Shown here piece by piece: positions 39,779 through 50,198 of a stretch of DNA of 64,000 nucleotides. The notes beneath the pieces are model-generated. The model had not been told where the DNA came from. It saw nothing but the letters and a program-made list of their open reading frames with translations, and made no database searches. Each line of letters begins with the position of its first letter. The first letter of the stretch is position 1. Origin of the DNA: Candidatus Cloacimonadales bacterium (GTDB lineage: Bacteria > Cloacimonadota > Cloacimonadia > Cloacimonadales > JAFGVF01); contig CAXXOU010000001.1 in assembly GCA_963677495.2 (NCBI GenBank), positions 704,001 to 768,000 on the forward strand, written 5' to 3'. The translations under genes and the position numbers were made by a program.

Positions 39779-40767
39779 CTATTACTCCTCTTCAATATTT
39801 CTATGAAGTGTTTAACTCTTAACATAAAACCTGAATGCTGTGTGAATTCACCCTCTTCAAAGACAAACTCACCGTCTCTCTCTATTATTCTTCCGGGCTT
39901 CTCGTCTTTATACATCAAATCAGTTGTTGATTGACCCCAAATCGCTTGAAGCTCATTAACTAGAAGTTCATTATCCACAGTTTCAAAGATGTCAACAGAC
40001 ATCGATAGAAAGTTTCCCTTTTCACATATATCTTTGACAAGGTTGAGTACAGCTTTAGGAGGTAAATCCCAACCTTTTAGTTTCGACCCACTGGCAAAAT
40101 CACCTTTTAGTAGTTTCTTATGACCGAAGTATGAGTCACCGACTTTTACAACTCTCCATTCCCATTTAATCTGCTTAAACTCTTGAATCAGGGCATAGTG
40201 CCGTTGTAGTGTTGCAATTGCCGGAACCGGTAGAATCTTTCCTGTCTTTTGTGGGGTATAACCTGTTGCCAGTTTTGTACCACTGAAACCGAACACATGG
40301 TTAGCTATTCTTTTTGCTACTACTTTGTTCTTAATGATCTTCACGCCTTTACCGGTTGAACCGGTATTAGTTTTAAACACTAATGGATAGTTTGCATTTT
40401 CAACATACTGAAGATAGTCTGCCTTTTTATAGAAAACTTTGGTTGGAACATGCGGAAATCCGTTCAACTCAAGCCAATACGCCATCATCTTCTTGTTCTC
40501 GTAGATAAAAAGTTCATCATAAGAGGGATAGATTGGTCTATTCATGAAGTGAGATATTGTGTATAACTTCTCATCATACATCGCCTTTCGCTCCTGATAC
40601 TTAGAAGGAGGACGACATACGAATCCATCACAATCAGATTTCTTAACATTCTCTAACCAATCAGGTCCGATAATATCGATTATTTCATAATCAATTCCAA
40701 GCTCTTCGCAAGATCTAACATAGTATTTATGCTGGTCTCTAAACGCTGTGAGAATACCTAATTTCAT
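39775..40767 (-). CDS. ATP-grasp (RimK-like) protein in a surface-glycan locus
   Basis: YPLVFKTNTGSTGKGVK, IQEF, EWRVV, VDIFE...VNELQ. Confidence 0.8.
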   Translation of the reverse strand: MKLGILTAFRDQHKYYVRSCEELGIDYEIIDIIGPDWLENVKKSDCDGFVCRPPSKYQERKAMYDEKLYTISHFMNRPIYPSYDELFIYENKKMMAYWLELNGFPHVPTKVFYKKADYLQYVENANYPLVFKTNTGSTGKGVKIIKNKVVAKRIANHVFGFSGTKLATGYTPQKTGKILPVPAIATLQRHYALIQEFKQIKWEWRVVKVGDSYFGHKKLLKGDFASGSKLKGWDLPPKAVLNLVKDICEKGNFLSMSVDIFETVDNELLVNELQAIWGQSTTDLMYKDEKPGRIIERDGEFVFEEGEFTQHSGFMLRVKHFIEILKRSNR

Positions 40768-41801
40768 AAATCCTTCCTATAGCTTTCAATAACATGTAGA
40801 GCTCTTTCTGATGCTTTTCCATCAAGCTCATCAAACATCAGTTTATTATATCTAGTCCTAGCTTCTGAAAGCTCATTCGGATTATCTAAAGCTCTTTTTA
40901 ACATTGGTTTCAACTCATCAAAAGTATCTATTCTATAGGTCATCTCATCAAGCATTCCAATTATCTCATCTGTTAATCGCTTAAAAGCAGGAATTCTAAA
41001 GGTTATTATCGGTTTATCCAATGAGTTAAACTCAGCAATTATGGAGCTGATATCAGCAATCATTACATCTGCTAGCAGCAGATATGGCAAGATGTTCTTA
41101 TCTTCAATAAATGTTGTTGTTCTTTTTAGTTTTTCAACTTTAGCTGGAGTAGTCCATTGATGCACTGTCACAAGCACATTGAAATCTGCCTTCAGCTCAT
41201 TAACCCTATCAATCCATTTATCTATTGCCGAGTAGTTTGATTTATCCCAAGTAGCAGTAAACAAAACAGTAAGTTTTTCTTTCGAGAGTCCTAGTTCATT
41301 TCTGAGCTTATCAAGCTGTTCATTTGTTATCTGTCCGTTAAACATAGGATCTATTTTAGGAAAACCTATCGGAACTCCACACATAATATCTTTAGTTTCT
41401 GCATACTTAACTTCATGTTCTGAAGTAAACATGTATGTATCAAAAGCTTGATACTTATGACTTGAAACGAAATCCTTGAAGTGATAAGCCCCATGCCTCA
41501 TTCCAATCTTAGCTATCTTCTTGACCGGATACTTTCTGGCAAGATGACGAGCCATAATCACGATATCAGGATATGTTGGATAGAGGATTGATTCTATATC
41601 ATATTCACTAAGGGTTCTTTGTACTTGCTTACTTCTTGCTACAATCCTTATCTCCGGCATCAGCTTATGTATACTTTGAAAGCAGATATAATCAGCATGT
41701 CCTCCGCATAAGAAGTCAATTTGCTGTTTCTTGTTGAACAACTTTGAAACATACCATCCAAACTTGTACGGTAAAGCTGTGAAATACTGTGAATAGTTCA
41801 T
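40764..41801 (-). CDS. CDP-glycerol glycerophosphotransferase family protein (TagB/TagF-like)
   Basis: MRHG, GFPKID, LFTATW, MIADISSIIAEF. Confidence 0.82.
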   Translation of the reverse strand: MNYSQYFTALPYKFGWYVSKLFNKKQQIDFLCGGHADYICFQSIHKLMPEIRIVARSKQVQRTLSEYDIESILYPTYPDIVIMARHLARKYPVKKIAKIGMRHGAYHFKDFVSSHKYQAFDTYMFTSEHEVKYAETKDIMCGVPIGFPKIDPMFNGQITNEQLDKLRNELGLSKEKLTVLFTATWDKSNYSAIDKWIDRVNELKADFNVLVTVHQWTTPAKVEKLKRTTTFIEDKNILPYLLLADVMIADISSIIAEFNSLDKPIITFRIPAFKRLTDEIIGMLDEMTYRIDTFDELKPMLKRALDNPNELSEARTRYNKLMFDELDGKASERALHVIESYRKDL

Positions 41802-41804
41802 CTA

Positions 41805-42194
41805 TTAGCTGTCTTTAATCGCCTGCTTCACTTCTGTAGATGAGATATTAGGTGTTCTATCAAGGTAAACTACTTCGCAATAATCTTTTAAAAAGTCAAA
41901 CTTACCATCCCAATCACTGCCCATAACAAACAGGTCAACATTATTGTTCTTCACATCATCTATCTTCTGTTCCCAGTTGTTTTCAGGAATCACTTCATCA
42001 ACATATTGAATTGCTTCCACTATCGCAGCTCTCTCCTCAAAGGGATAAGTACAAACCTTGTTCTTAATAGCGTTAAACTCATCTGTAGAAACTGCAACTA
42101 TGAGATAATCTCCAAGAGACTTGGCTCTTCTCAACAATCGCAAATGTCCGTAATGGAACAGATCAAAGGTTCCGTATGTTAAAACTTTCTTCAT
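41805..42194 (-). CDS. tagD: Glycerol-3-phosphate cytidylyltransferase
   Basis: TYGTFDLFHYGH, STDEFN, MGSDWDGKFDFL, RTPNISST. Confidence 0.93.
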   Translation of the reverse strand: MKKVLTYGTFDLFHYGHLRLLRRAKSLGDYLIVAVSTDEFNAIKNKVCTYPFEERAAIVEAIQYVDEVIPENNWEQKIDDVKNNNVDLFVMGSDWDGKFDFLKDYCEVVYLDRTPNISSTEVKQAIKDS

Positions 42195-42477
42195 CTATTA
42201 TAATTCCTTATTTAAACTCATCATTGCTAATAAAGTGTTATTTGTAACAGGATTATTAAGATTGTTAGGTGTCAATAAAAAAGGTTTAGGATAGCTAGCT
42301 TATTGAATGAAACATAGTCTTCTAAAAACTTTTATAACAACAATTCTTTTCATTTCTATTTCTTCTCACCATATATACAAGTCCTTACTCACCTCTGTTC
42401 CAAGTCCTTATTGTCCTGCTTCAAAAACCTTGAATCTCGCTTGTCCCTCCCTAGACCCTCCCTATGAACCCCTAAAG

Positions 42478-42498
42478 TTATCCACATCGTGTGCATAA
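42478..42498. promoter_or_regulatory. Inverted pair of DnaA-box-like 9-mers
   Basis: TTATCCACA-tcg-TGTGCATAA; near-identical copy at 52072-52092. Confidence 0.55.
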
Positions 42499-42576
42499 CT
42501 TATTAGAAGGTGCAAGGAAGTTCTTGATGCGATTAGATAAAGAGTTCCAAAGAGTTAATTAATTGTAAATAATAGT

Positions 42577-42605
42577 TTGACAGAGTGAAAGATTGTCTGT
42601 ATAAG
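42577..42605 (+). promoter_or_regulatory. Possible sigma70 promoter
   Basis: TTGACA-N17-TATAAG about 30 nt before the ATG at 42638. Confidence 0.45.
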
Positions 42606-42637
42606 ACTATATGTATCATTAATAATGAGGTGAGTTC

Positions 42638-44278
42638 ATGATAAAGGAAGTATTCATACCCTATTACAAACAGACTATTATCAATTATTGGGAAGAGCCA
42701 ATATTCACAGATTACGGTACTGATATAGCATATAAATACCGAGATGTAGCAAGATACACCATGGCTATGAAAAGTTTTTTTGAAATGCTGGATGTTGAAC
42801 AACGGGCGAAAGTTTCTGTTTGTGGTAAGAACAGTTCGCATTGGGCTTTAACATACCTTGGAACAGTTCTTAACAATAGAGTGATAGTGCCTATTCTTCC
42901 TAACTTCCCAAGTAAAGATATTCAACATATAATCAATCATTCTGATAGTGAAATACTATTTATAGATAACGAGATTTTTGATGAGATTAACGAGGAAGCG
43001 TTAAATAAAATAAAGCTCATTATCTCTCTCCAGTCGTTAGAAATCCTTTATAGTTCCAATGATGATATTAGAACAAGTATGGATCAGTTATATAATGCAG
43101 TTACTAAACTTGAAGTTAAGGATTTTGTACTTCCTGAACAGAAAGATAACTCAGAATTGATGGTAATCCTTTATACTTCAGGAACAACAGGTTTTTCGAA
43201 AGGTGTAATGCTATCTTACAATAATATTATGGCGAATATGATATACGCTAATGACAAGTTTGCTTTCCCGAAAGGAGATACAATTCTGGCATTTCTACCT
43301 AGTGCTCATGCCTATGGAGCTTCCTTTGATTTTCTATATCCTTTCATCAGATGTAACCACATCTACTTTATGTCAAAGATTCCATCCCCTAAACTACTTC
43401 TAAGAGCTCTTTCAGAGGTAAAACCGGCAGTAATAGAGGCAGTTCCATTGATATTGGAGAAAATATACCATAAGAAGCTTAAACCGACGTTAAATGAGCC
43501 CAAAATGAAATTGATGCTGAGCTTACCGGGAGTGAATAAACTTGTTTATAAAAAGATTAAAGACAAGCTTATGGAAACATTTGGAGGAAAGCTCAATGAA
43601 ATGATTGTGGGTGGAGCTCCAATGAACCATGAAGTTGAAATATTCTTAAGAAAAGTTGGATTCCCAGTAACTATCGGATACGGGATGTCTGAGTGTGCGC
43701 CATTGATATCATATGAACGCTGGTTTGAAAGACGAATCGGTAGTGTGGGCAGGGAGGTAGATTATCTCCATGTGAAGATAGATTCACCAGATCCGGCAAA
43801 GGTACCTGGCGAAATTCTGATAAAAGGTGAGCAGGTAATGATGGGATATTACAAGAATAAAGAAGCAACCCAGGCCGTATTTACTGAAGATAGCTGGATG
43901 CGTTCAGGTGATATTGGAATCATTGACGAAGATGATTTCATTTTTATCAAAGGTAGAAGTAAGTCTATGATTCTAGGGCCGGCAGGGGAGAATATTTACC
44001 CTGAAGAGCTTGAGTTTACGGTCAATAACTTGTCCTGCATACAGGAATCATTAGTGATAGAAAAGAATGGTAAGATTGTCGCAATGATCTATATTGATAT
44101 GGAGGAAGTTGACAAGTTAAAACTAACAGAAGACAAGATGCTTTCACTGATAGAGGAAAACCGAAAGGAAGTAAATAGTAATTTACCAGCTTATTCAAGG
44201 ATACATGAATTCAAGATTGTAACAGAACCCTTCCAGAAAACCCCTACACAAAAAATTAAAAGATATCTGTATCAGTAA
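42638..44278 (+). CDS. Long-chain fatty acid--CoA ligase (AMP-binding)
   Basis: YTSGTTGFSKGVML, GYGMSEC, VMMGYYKN, RSGDIG, GENIYPEELE. Confidence 0.92.
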   Translation: MIKEVFIPYYKQTIINYWEEPIFTDYGTDIAYKYRDVARYTMAMKSFFEMLDVEQRAKVSVCGKNSSHWALTYLGTVLNNRVIVPILPNFPSKDIQHIINHSDSEILFIDNEIFDEINEEALNKIKLIISLQSLEILYSSNDDIRTSMDQLYNAVTKLEVKDFVLPEQKDNSELMVILYTSGTTGFSKGVMLSYNNIMANMIYANDKFAFPKGDTILAFLPSAHAYGASFDFLYPFIRCNHIYFMSKIPSPKLLLRALSEVKPAVIEAVPLILEKIYHKKLKPTLNEPKMKLMLSLPGVNKLVYKKIKDKLMETFGGKLNEMIVGGAPMNHEVEIFLRKVGFPVTIGYGMSECAPLISYERWFERRIGSVGREVDYLHVKIDSPDPAKVPGEILIKGEQVMMGYYKNKEATQAVFTEDSWMRSGDIGIIDEDDFIFIKGRSKSMILGPAGENIYPEELEFTVNNLSCIQESLVIEKNGKIVAMIYIDMEEVDKLKLTEDKMLSLIEENRKEVNSNLPAYSRIHEFKIVTEPFQKTPTQKIKRYLYQ

Positions 44279-44291
44279 TATATAGCATATT

Positions 44292-44320
44292 AAAAAAGGA
44301 ACCGAGAAATCGGTTCCTTT
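44292..44320. terminator. Bidirectional intrinsic terminator
   Basis: AAAAAAGGAACCGA-gaaa-TCGGTTCCTTT between convergent genes. Confidence 0.85.
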
Positions 44321-44337
44321 ATTCTATGTATTATGAA

Positions 44338-46104
44338 TTATTTACTTATCTTTGCATCTTTAGACATAGGTCTAATATCTAATCTTCTGAACTTAGCATC
44401 AATAGACATCTGCTGTCTACGTGTAAGAGCAGTATTATTTGTAACAAAGTAGAAGTAATTTCTAGCAGTAGCTGATGTATCTAAGAAAGAACCAGCACCA
44501 TCACTAACAGTACCAACTACAGTATATCTTGCCCCAAGTTCTTCAGCTCTATAGATGTTTTGAACAAGTCCAGGAACATCTGTCCAGAAGATTTCAGGAT
44601 AGATACCGTTCATTACTAAAGAAACATTCTGAGGTGGATCTATAGCAGTAGAAGGATAAAGAGCAAATGCTAAATCATTGTCATCCCAGTCCCACTCTGT
44701 ATTAGTGTCATCCCAATTAGCATTGAAACCATCACCAATTGGAGAAGTTGACCACATGAACCATGCATCATCAGGGGTGCCAACACTTGTACCTTCGATT
44801 GAAACCCAGCCATCAGTCATAGCAAGTTCAGCAGGAAGTTCGAAATGATACTTGTAAACAGGACCATTCGAGAATAGAGAATCAGCAACTGTTTCTCTTG
44901 TAATTGTAGGTGTATGAGTCTCGATGACAGTTCCCGGTCTTCCGGTTGCATCATCAAAGTCATAGAACTTTATTTCAAAGGTCATTGGATCTTCTGTGTC
45001 AACTGGAACCCAACCGGAACCATCATGATACCAGTTTATTCCCCAGAAATCCATAGAAGCGATATTCGCAGTCAAACCTTCAAAGCTCTCAGCATGTAAG
45101 TAGCCCGGAGCTAAGTCTGATGTACTCATAGACCAAGGATTATCTCCTTGATTACCTGCAGGTGACTGAGCATAAATAGCACCTGCATCAGCCCATGAAT
45201 TATGGATATAACCTTCTCCGGAAAGTGGAATATTGTGAACTTCTCTGTCATTGATAGTAATAGCTATATTACCTGTAACTGCACCTGTAGCTGATGGAGT
45301 ATACTCAATATAGAAAAGAGTGTTTTCAGATGAACCAAGTGTCAGAGGATATGAATCTGCATTAGGGTCATATACTGAGAAGTCAGCATTTCCGGTAAGA
45401 GCTACGTCCTGCACTACAAGACTACCACCACCTGCATTGGTAATAGTAACTGTGTCATATTTATACCCACCTATAGCAGTTTGACCAAAGTTATAACTGT
45501 CGTAGTTAAGTGATAATATAGGACCTACAACTCCGGATGTTTCAACGTTAGCTGTTGCATACATTTCATAGTTTGTGCCCCAGCCTGCACCCATACTAAG
45601 CCAAGATGTGCCGTTTCCTTGGAAAGTAGTACTAGTCGCTGCATATGTACCATCATCTGATAGCCATTGAACTTCAGCTATGCCGTATGAGCCGAGAGTC
45701 ACAGTGTAAGTGATATAGAATACATCACCGGCTGTAAACGCAAGGTTAAGACTTGTAAGGTCAATAGTTGACCATCCTGTTGTATAAGTTACGAGGTTAG
45801 CTGTTGGGACAGTTACAGAACCTAACTCTGTTCCAGGTTCTCCTGCATTGTCATCATATACATGAACAACAATTGAAGGAGGAGTACCAACTATGGAATA
45901 AAGATAAAGTTCCCAAGATGATAGAGTACAGTCAGCCGGAGCAGTGTACTGAACACCTTGTTCAACGTCACCATACTGATTTGGAGCTGCCCAAAAATAA
46001 GCTAAGCTTGGGCCATAATTGGATAATGCCATTGGGTCTCTGTCTGTTGCAATCAGAGAAAATGCAATTAATAAAACAGACAACAATAGAATAGTTTTCT
46101 TCAT
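44338..46104 (-). CDS. Secreted multi-domain beta-sandwich protein (ASH/choice-of-anchor D-like Ig domain)
   Basis: AGGAG RBS, MKKTILLL signal peptide; NFGQT...VTITNAGGGSLVV...YTPSATG Ig-like domain; no canonical T9SS tail. Confidence 0.75.
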   Translation of the reverse strand: MKKTILLLSVLLIAFSLIATDRDPMALSNYGPSLAYFWAAPNQYGDVEQGVQYTAPADCTLSSWELYLYSIVGTPPSIVVHVYDDNAGEPGTELGSVTVPTANLVTYTTGWSTIDLTSLNLAFTAGDVFYITYTVTLGSYGIAEVQWLSDDGTYAATSTTFQGNGTSWLSMGAGWGTNYEMYATANVETSGVVGPILSLNYDSYNFGQTAIGGYKYDTVTITNAGGGSLVVQDVALTGNADFSVYDPNADSYPLTLGSSENTLFYIEYTPSATGAVTGNIAITINDREVHNIPLSGEGYIHNSWADAGAIYAQSPAGNQGDNPWSMSTSDLAPGYLHAESFEGLTANIASMDFWGINWYHDGSGWVPVDTEDPMTFEIKFYDFDDATGRPGTVIETHTPTITRETVADSLFSNGPVYKYHFELPAELAMTDGWVSIEGTSVGTPDDAWFMWSTSPIGDGFNANWDDTNTEWDWDDNDLAFALYPSTAIDPPQNVSLVMNGIYPEIFWTDVPGLVQNIYRAEELGARYTVVGTVSDGAGSFLDTSATARNYFYFVTNNTALTRRQQMSIDAKFRRLDIRPMSKDAKISK

Positions 46105-46240
46105 AATATACACTCCTTTTTTGTATAATAGAAACCTACAATAGTCAATTTGGAGAGTTAATTCTTTTGATGTCAATACTTTTCTTAATTATATGAATTG
46201 TCAATGTTGATAAGTTGATTCTAAAGAAGTCTAACAAAAT

Positions 46241-46272
46241 AAGAAAGACCTGCATTATTGCAGGTCTTTCTT
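46241..46272 (-). terminator. Intrinsic terminator
   Basis: AAGAAAGACCTGCA-ttat-TGCAGGTCTTTCTT perfect hairpin. Confidence 0.85.
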
Positions 46273-46295
46273 TAATATGTTAAGAACTCAGTTAA

Positions 46296-46898
46296 TTATT
46301 TAATGAATCCCATAATTACATCATTTACGAGGAACTGAATACGACCAATCAAAAGAGAAATACGAGCCATAACTGTATTACCAAATGATGCACCGAATCC
46401 AATCATCATAAACCAGATACCAATCTTAGTGAACTTACCATAGATACCTGTATGAGCTTTTGAGAAATAGAAATAAAGCATAACAGATACTGTTCCTAAG
46501 AAGATAAGGAACATATTGAAGCTATCGATTGGTTGCATAGCTGAGCGCATCTGCACAAGGACACTAGCGTTCATTGAGAGAATAACACCTGAACCTGTCA
46601 TACCCATACCGATAGCGATAGGATAACGTGCAAGCCAGCTAAGTTTATTGTTAAAACGGAACCAGTAGAAGGTACCGATTATACATGGAATCACAAGATA
46701 CCATTTATGTTGAATGAATATTGGCTGATAAACGAATGGGATAAACGCATTCTGCCACATGTAAGGGATACCATATCCTGCTGAAACACCAACAAGAAGC
46801 TGTTCAGACAAACGATACACAGGGTTATCTTTATATAAGAAAGAGAAGATAGCCAATGTAAAGAAAGCTGCAATTAGATTACTTATTATTTCAAACAT
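46296..46898 (-). CDS. Membrane protein of DUF6754 gene cluster
   Basis: FSFLYKDNPVYRLSEQLLVGVSAGY; MIGFGASFGNTVMARISLLIGRIQFL; about 6 TM. Confidence 0.75.
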   Translation of the reverse strand: MFEIISNLIAAFFTLAIFSFLYKDNPVYRLSEQLLVGVSAGYGIPYMWQNAFIPFVYQPIFIQHKWYLVIPCIIGTFYWFRFNNKLSWLARYPIAIGMGMTGSGVILSMNASVLVQMRSAMQPIDSFNMFLIFLGTVSVMLYFYFSKAHTGIYGKFTKIGIWFMMIGFGASFGNTVMARISLLIGRIQFLVNDVIMGFIK

Positions 46899-46909
46899 CT
46901 CTTCTCCTT

Positions 46910-47893
46910 TTAACCATTTTTCCTTTTCTGATGACGCTCAACGAAATATCCAACATTACCAATAAGAATAAAGAGGAATATCATAACATGAGCAACAGAT
47001 TGAGCATTCATACCGATACGAGCTGTTTTCCACTTGTATTTAATACCTGTGTTAGTTTCAGGATCATAGTCTTTTGAAATATCAATCTTAGCTTTCTCAT
47101 CCTTGTCTTTAAGAATCTCTTTACTGAATGGTCTTCCATTAGGATAATCTTCACTCTCATAAGCAGCGAAAACATCGTTAAGGTATTCATATTCAGCAGC
47201 ACCTTTCATACCTGAAAGCATACCTGTGAGCTGACCGGTCTGAAGGTAAGGATAAGCATCAGCAGCCATAACAGCTGTAACACCGGCAGCAACGTTTACA
47301 CCATAACGTGCACGTGCATAAGTAACCCAACCCATACCATAACTAGCACCTGAAGTTTCTACAACGAGTTTAAGTTCGTTATAGTTGTTAAGGCCCTTCA
47401 TCATAGGTAATGATTCAAGCTTTCTACCTTCATCATCAGTTTCAACGGCAGCAGCAATTCCATCACCCATACCAATAACGATTGGAAGATAAAGAGCAGC
47501 AGGTTTAAAGCCGATGTTGATATAATCTTCACCTGATCTCACATCAGGGAATTCGCTTTTCACTGTATCAATAGCATAACTAATCAAAGGAGCAGCAGTT
47601 TGAAGGAAAGTAAGTGTAAACACTTTAATATTTCTTTCAAAACAATGTCTTAAGATAGCAACTTCCATTGGGTAAAGCTCAGCCATAGTAGATGCATCAT
47701 GAGCAAAACAGATAAGCACAGCTCTATCTTCTCTATCTGAGAAAGAATCAATAAGCTGATACAATTTTTCTGTTGGTTCAGTAGTATATGTCGGTGCGTT
47801 AAATGGAATAAGTAAAGGGATTATAATAGCCAAAGCTACAATAAGATATATCCACTTTCTATCTAAGTCCTGTAATTTTTTAATAAATTCCAT
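46910..47893 (-). CDS. Membrane-anchored protein of DUF6754 gene cluster
   Basis: N- and C-terminal TM; PYLQTGQLTGMLSGMKGAAEYE; MNAQSVAH; start after AAGGAG. Confidence 0.75.
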   Translation of the reverse strand: MEFIKKLQDLDRKWIYLIVALAIIIPLLIPFNAPTYTTEPTEKLYQLIDSFSDREDRAVLICFAHDASTMAELYPMEVAILRHCFERNIKVFTLTFLQTAAPLISYAIDTVKSEFPDVRSGEDYINIGFKPAALYLPIVIGMGDGIAAAVETDDEGRKLESLPMMKGLNNYNELKLVVETSGASYGMGWVTYARARYGVNVAAGVTAVMAADAYPYLQTGQLTGMLSGMKGAAEYEYLNDVFAAYESEDYPNGRPFSKEILKDKDEKAKIDISKDYDPETNTGIKYKWKTARIGMNAQSVAHVMIFLFILIGNVGYFVERHQKRKNG

Positions 47894-47903
47894 CATATCT
47901 CCT

Positions 47904-48527
47904 TTAGTCGCCACCACCGAGGTAAGAACGCTCGATACCTAACATAATTTTAAGGGATACAGCGGTCATACCAAGACCAACACCAAGCATGAAACCACGC
48001 TTAGAAGCAAGGTTTGGTACGTCCAGAATCCATTGTGCAAAAGCAGGAATTTTCGGGCTAATCATAACACCGTAAGGCACCTGACCTAACATAACTACAA
48101 CCGCTGCTATAAGCAACACAGTCGCTTCAGCTGAACGAGCACGGAAAGCTTTATAGGCTGCGGTAGATATATAGAACGCGAGCAATGAGAACATTGTTGC
48201 AGACATCGGCATTGAGATATTCTTAAATATCCAAATATAAGGTGTACCTTCACCGATTCCCCAGATGAAACCAATTGCTGCAGTTCCGTAGAACGCAAAA
48301 AGTGTAACGTAACTATATTGCCAGTTTGGGGCTTTTCTCTTAATCTTCACAACGTTAACCATTGTGATACTCATAATACCGAGAACAACACCAAATGGGG
48401 ACATAGCTCGGATGAAGACAAGATAGCCCTGATAGAAGTCTTCTGAAATCTTATGAGGAATAATTGCCCATAAGGCAAACAGAAAACTCATGACAATTAC
48501 TATTAATAATGGTACTTGTTTTTTCAT
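47904..48527 (-). CDS. Membrane protein of DUF6754 gene cluster
   Basis: TMFSLLAFYISTAAYKAFRARSAEATVLL; LKIMLGIERSYLG. Confidence 0.75.
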   Translation of the reverse strand: MKKQVPLLIVIVMSFLFALWAIIPHKISEDFYQGYLVFIRAMSPFGVVLGIMSITMVNVVKIKRKAPNWQYSYVTLFAFYGTAAIGFIWGIGEGTPYIWIFKNISMPMSATMFSLLAFYISTAAYKAFRARSAEATVLLIAAVVVMLGQVPYGVMISPKIPAFAQWILDVPNLASKRGFMLGVGLGMTAVSLKIMLGIERSYLGGGD

Positions 48528-48539
48528 TTGTATCTGCTC

Positions 48540-50198
48540 CTATTTATCAGGGAATGCGTTAATTAAAAATGTTATTTTGAATGAAGAAAGCAATGTTCCA
48601 AGGACAACAAAGAAAAGAATAAGGAACTTGAAGTAGTCCTGAGCTTTCAATGTACCAAGCATCATTGGTTCTTTAGAAAGATAAGCAGCTGCTGCATAAA
48701 GCTCTTCACCCATAAGTGTATAGTCACAAGTTGTGATGAAGAAAGGAATCTGTGTAACAGCGTCTGTACCGGAAATCTGAATAGCACCGATTGAGTTACC
48801 GGTTTCTGTCATAATAAGTGATTCAGCGTAGAACATACCCATATAGAAGTTAGTAGCTACTTTTTCACGAACCATGATACCGTTAATACCGGCAACGAAT
48901 GCGAACTGTGAACCTGTCATATAGAATACACTTGAAGGATCAAATGTATCAGGACGACCGGCTTCATAATGAGCTTCTTTCACGATCTCCTGTGCAATTG
49001 GAAGCACGATAACGTCTCTACAAGGAACAAGGATTGGTGTGTCATACTCAGCAGCTTTCTTCGCAACCTGTGAAAGGATTTGAAGACCGGCGAGTGTAGC
49101 AACATCACTAATACCTGAAAGACCTGGAACGAAGAGGATAGGACTACCCATCTCAGTTGCACGACCAATAGCGTTATCGATTTCCTGGATACCTGCGATA
49201 GGACGTAAGTAAAGCGCTTTTCCACGTCTTGCAAGGGCAACCATAATGAATACTAAGAGACCAAAGATGATAGCAGCAATAAGACCGCCGACACGTGTGC
49301 TGTAAATCCAGTTAGGTACTGGGAAGAAATATGCTGTTTTACCATCTTCAGTTTGAAGAGCTTCTCCTTGGAAGAAGTTAGCTTTACCATCTGAAATCAT
49401 AAGTTTGTAGCTCTTGCTACGCATTTCAGTTTCTCTAACTTTTCTGATATGGTTAATTCTAGCTCTTCTGCCTTTGATACTGTTTACTTCAGTAAGAGCA
49501 GGATTGTTAAGCTGTTCAATCTGAGCATTAATTTGTGCAATCTGCTGATCTAAAGCTTCAATGGCTTCTGTTTCAGTAGCAGCATTCTTTTGAGCGATAA
49601 GTTCATCAACGTCTTTCTTAAGCTGAGCCTTAGTCTCATTGTCAACTCCAGGGAAAAGACTTGCACGAAGAACTGACTCAGATGCTTCATCATACATATA
49701 GCTGATGTTATGATCAACAAGGAAGAGTTTCTTATCAACGTCGATATCCTGAACAACAACGTAATCTTTCTTGAGATAATCAGAAAGGTTATTGATGCTT
49801 CTATCAACAGCAGTAACTTCTTTAGCTACTCCATAAGAACCCTGTTGCATATTTTTACTGAAGACAGTGTAATAAGTTTGGTTAAGGTTAATGTTGCTAC
49901 TATTGAAAACGTCACCTGGCTTGAGAGACTTAATAAAGTCATCCCAAACAAGTTCTTGTCTCAAGAAATAGCTGTCATCAAGGTCAGGTCTATCAACACC
50001 TTTGGCTTTGAATCTGATTTCAACATCAATACCATTAGCAGGATCATAACCCTTAGGGAGATTCAATACAATCTTGTTATCCTGATAGAATTCATTATGC
50101 ATAAAGAAAGGTTTATCTTTACCCTTCTCGAAGAAATAGAAATGAATCTGATCAATTTTATAAAGATCATTGATTTTGTAATCATAAGCAATCATCAT
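48540..50198 (-). CDS. DUF6754 domain protein (probable C-terminal part of a frameshifted gene)
   Basis: LRPIAGIQEIDNAIGRATEMG, QIPFFITTCDYTLMGEELYAAAAYLS; no signal peptide although a long soluble domain precedes the TM. Confidence 0.8.
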   Translation of the reverse strand: MMIAYDYKINDLYKIDQIHFYFFEKGKDKPFFMHNEFYQDNKIVLNLPKGYDPANGIDVEIRFKAKGVDRPDLDDSYFLRQELVWDDFIKSLKPGDVFNSSNINLNQTYYTVFSKNMQQGSYGVAKEVTAVDRSINNLSDYLKKDYVVVQDIDVDKKLFLVDHNISYMYDEASESVLRASLFPGVDNETKAQLKKDVDELIAQKNAATETEAIEALDQQIAQINAQIEQLNNPALTEVNSIKGRRARINHIRKVRETEMRSKSYKLMISDGKANFFQGEALQTEDGKTAYFFPVPNWIYSTRVGGLIAAIIFGLLVFIMVALARRGKALYLRPIAGIQEIDNAIGRATEMGSPILFVPGLSGISDVATLAGLQILSQVAKKAAEYDTPILVPCRDVIVLPIAQEIVKEAHYEAGRPDTFDPSSVFYMTGSQFAFVAGINGIMVREKVATNFYMGMFYAESLIMTETGNSIGAIQISGTDAVTQIPFFITTCDYTLMGEELYAAAAYLSKEPMMLGTLKAQDYFKFLILFFVVLGTLLSSFKITFLINAFPDK

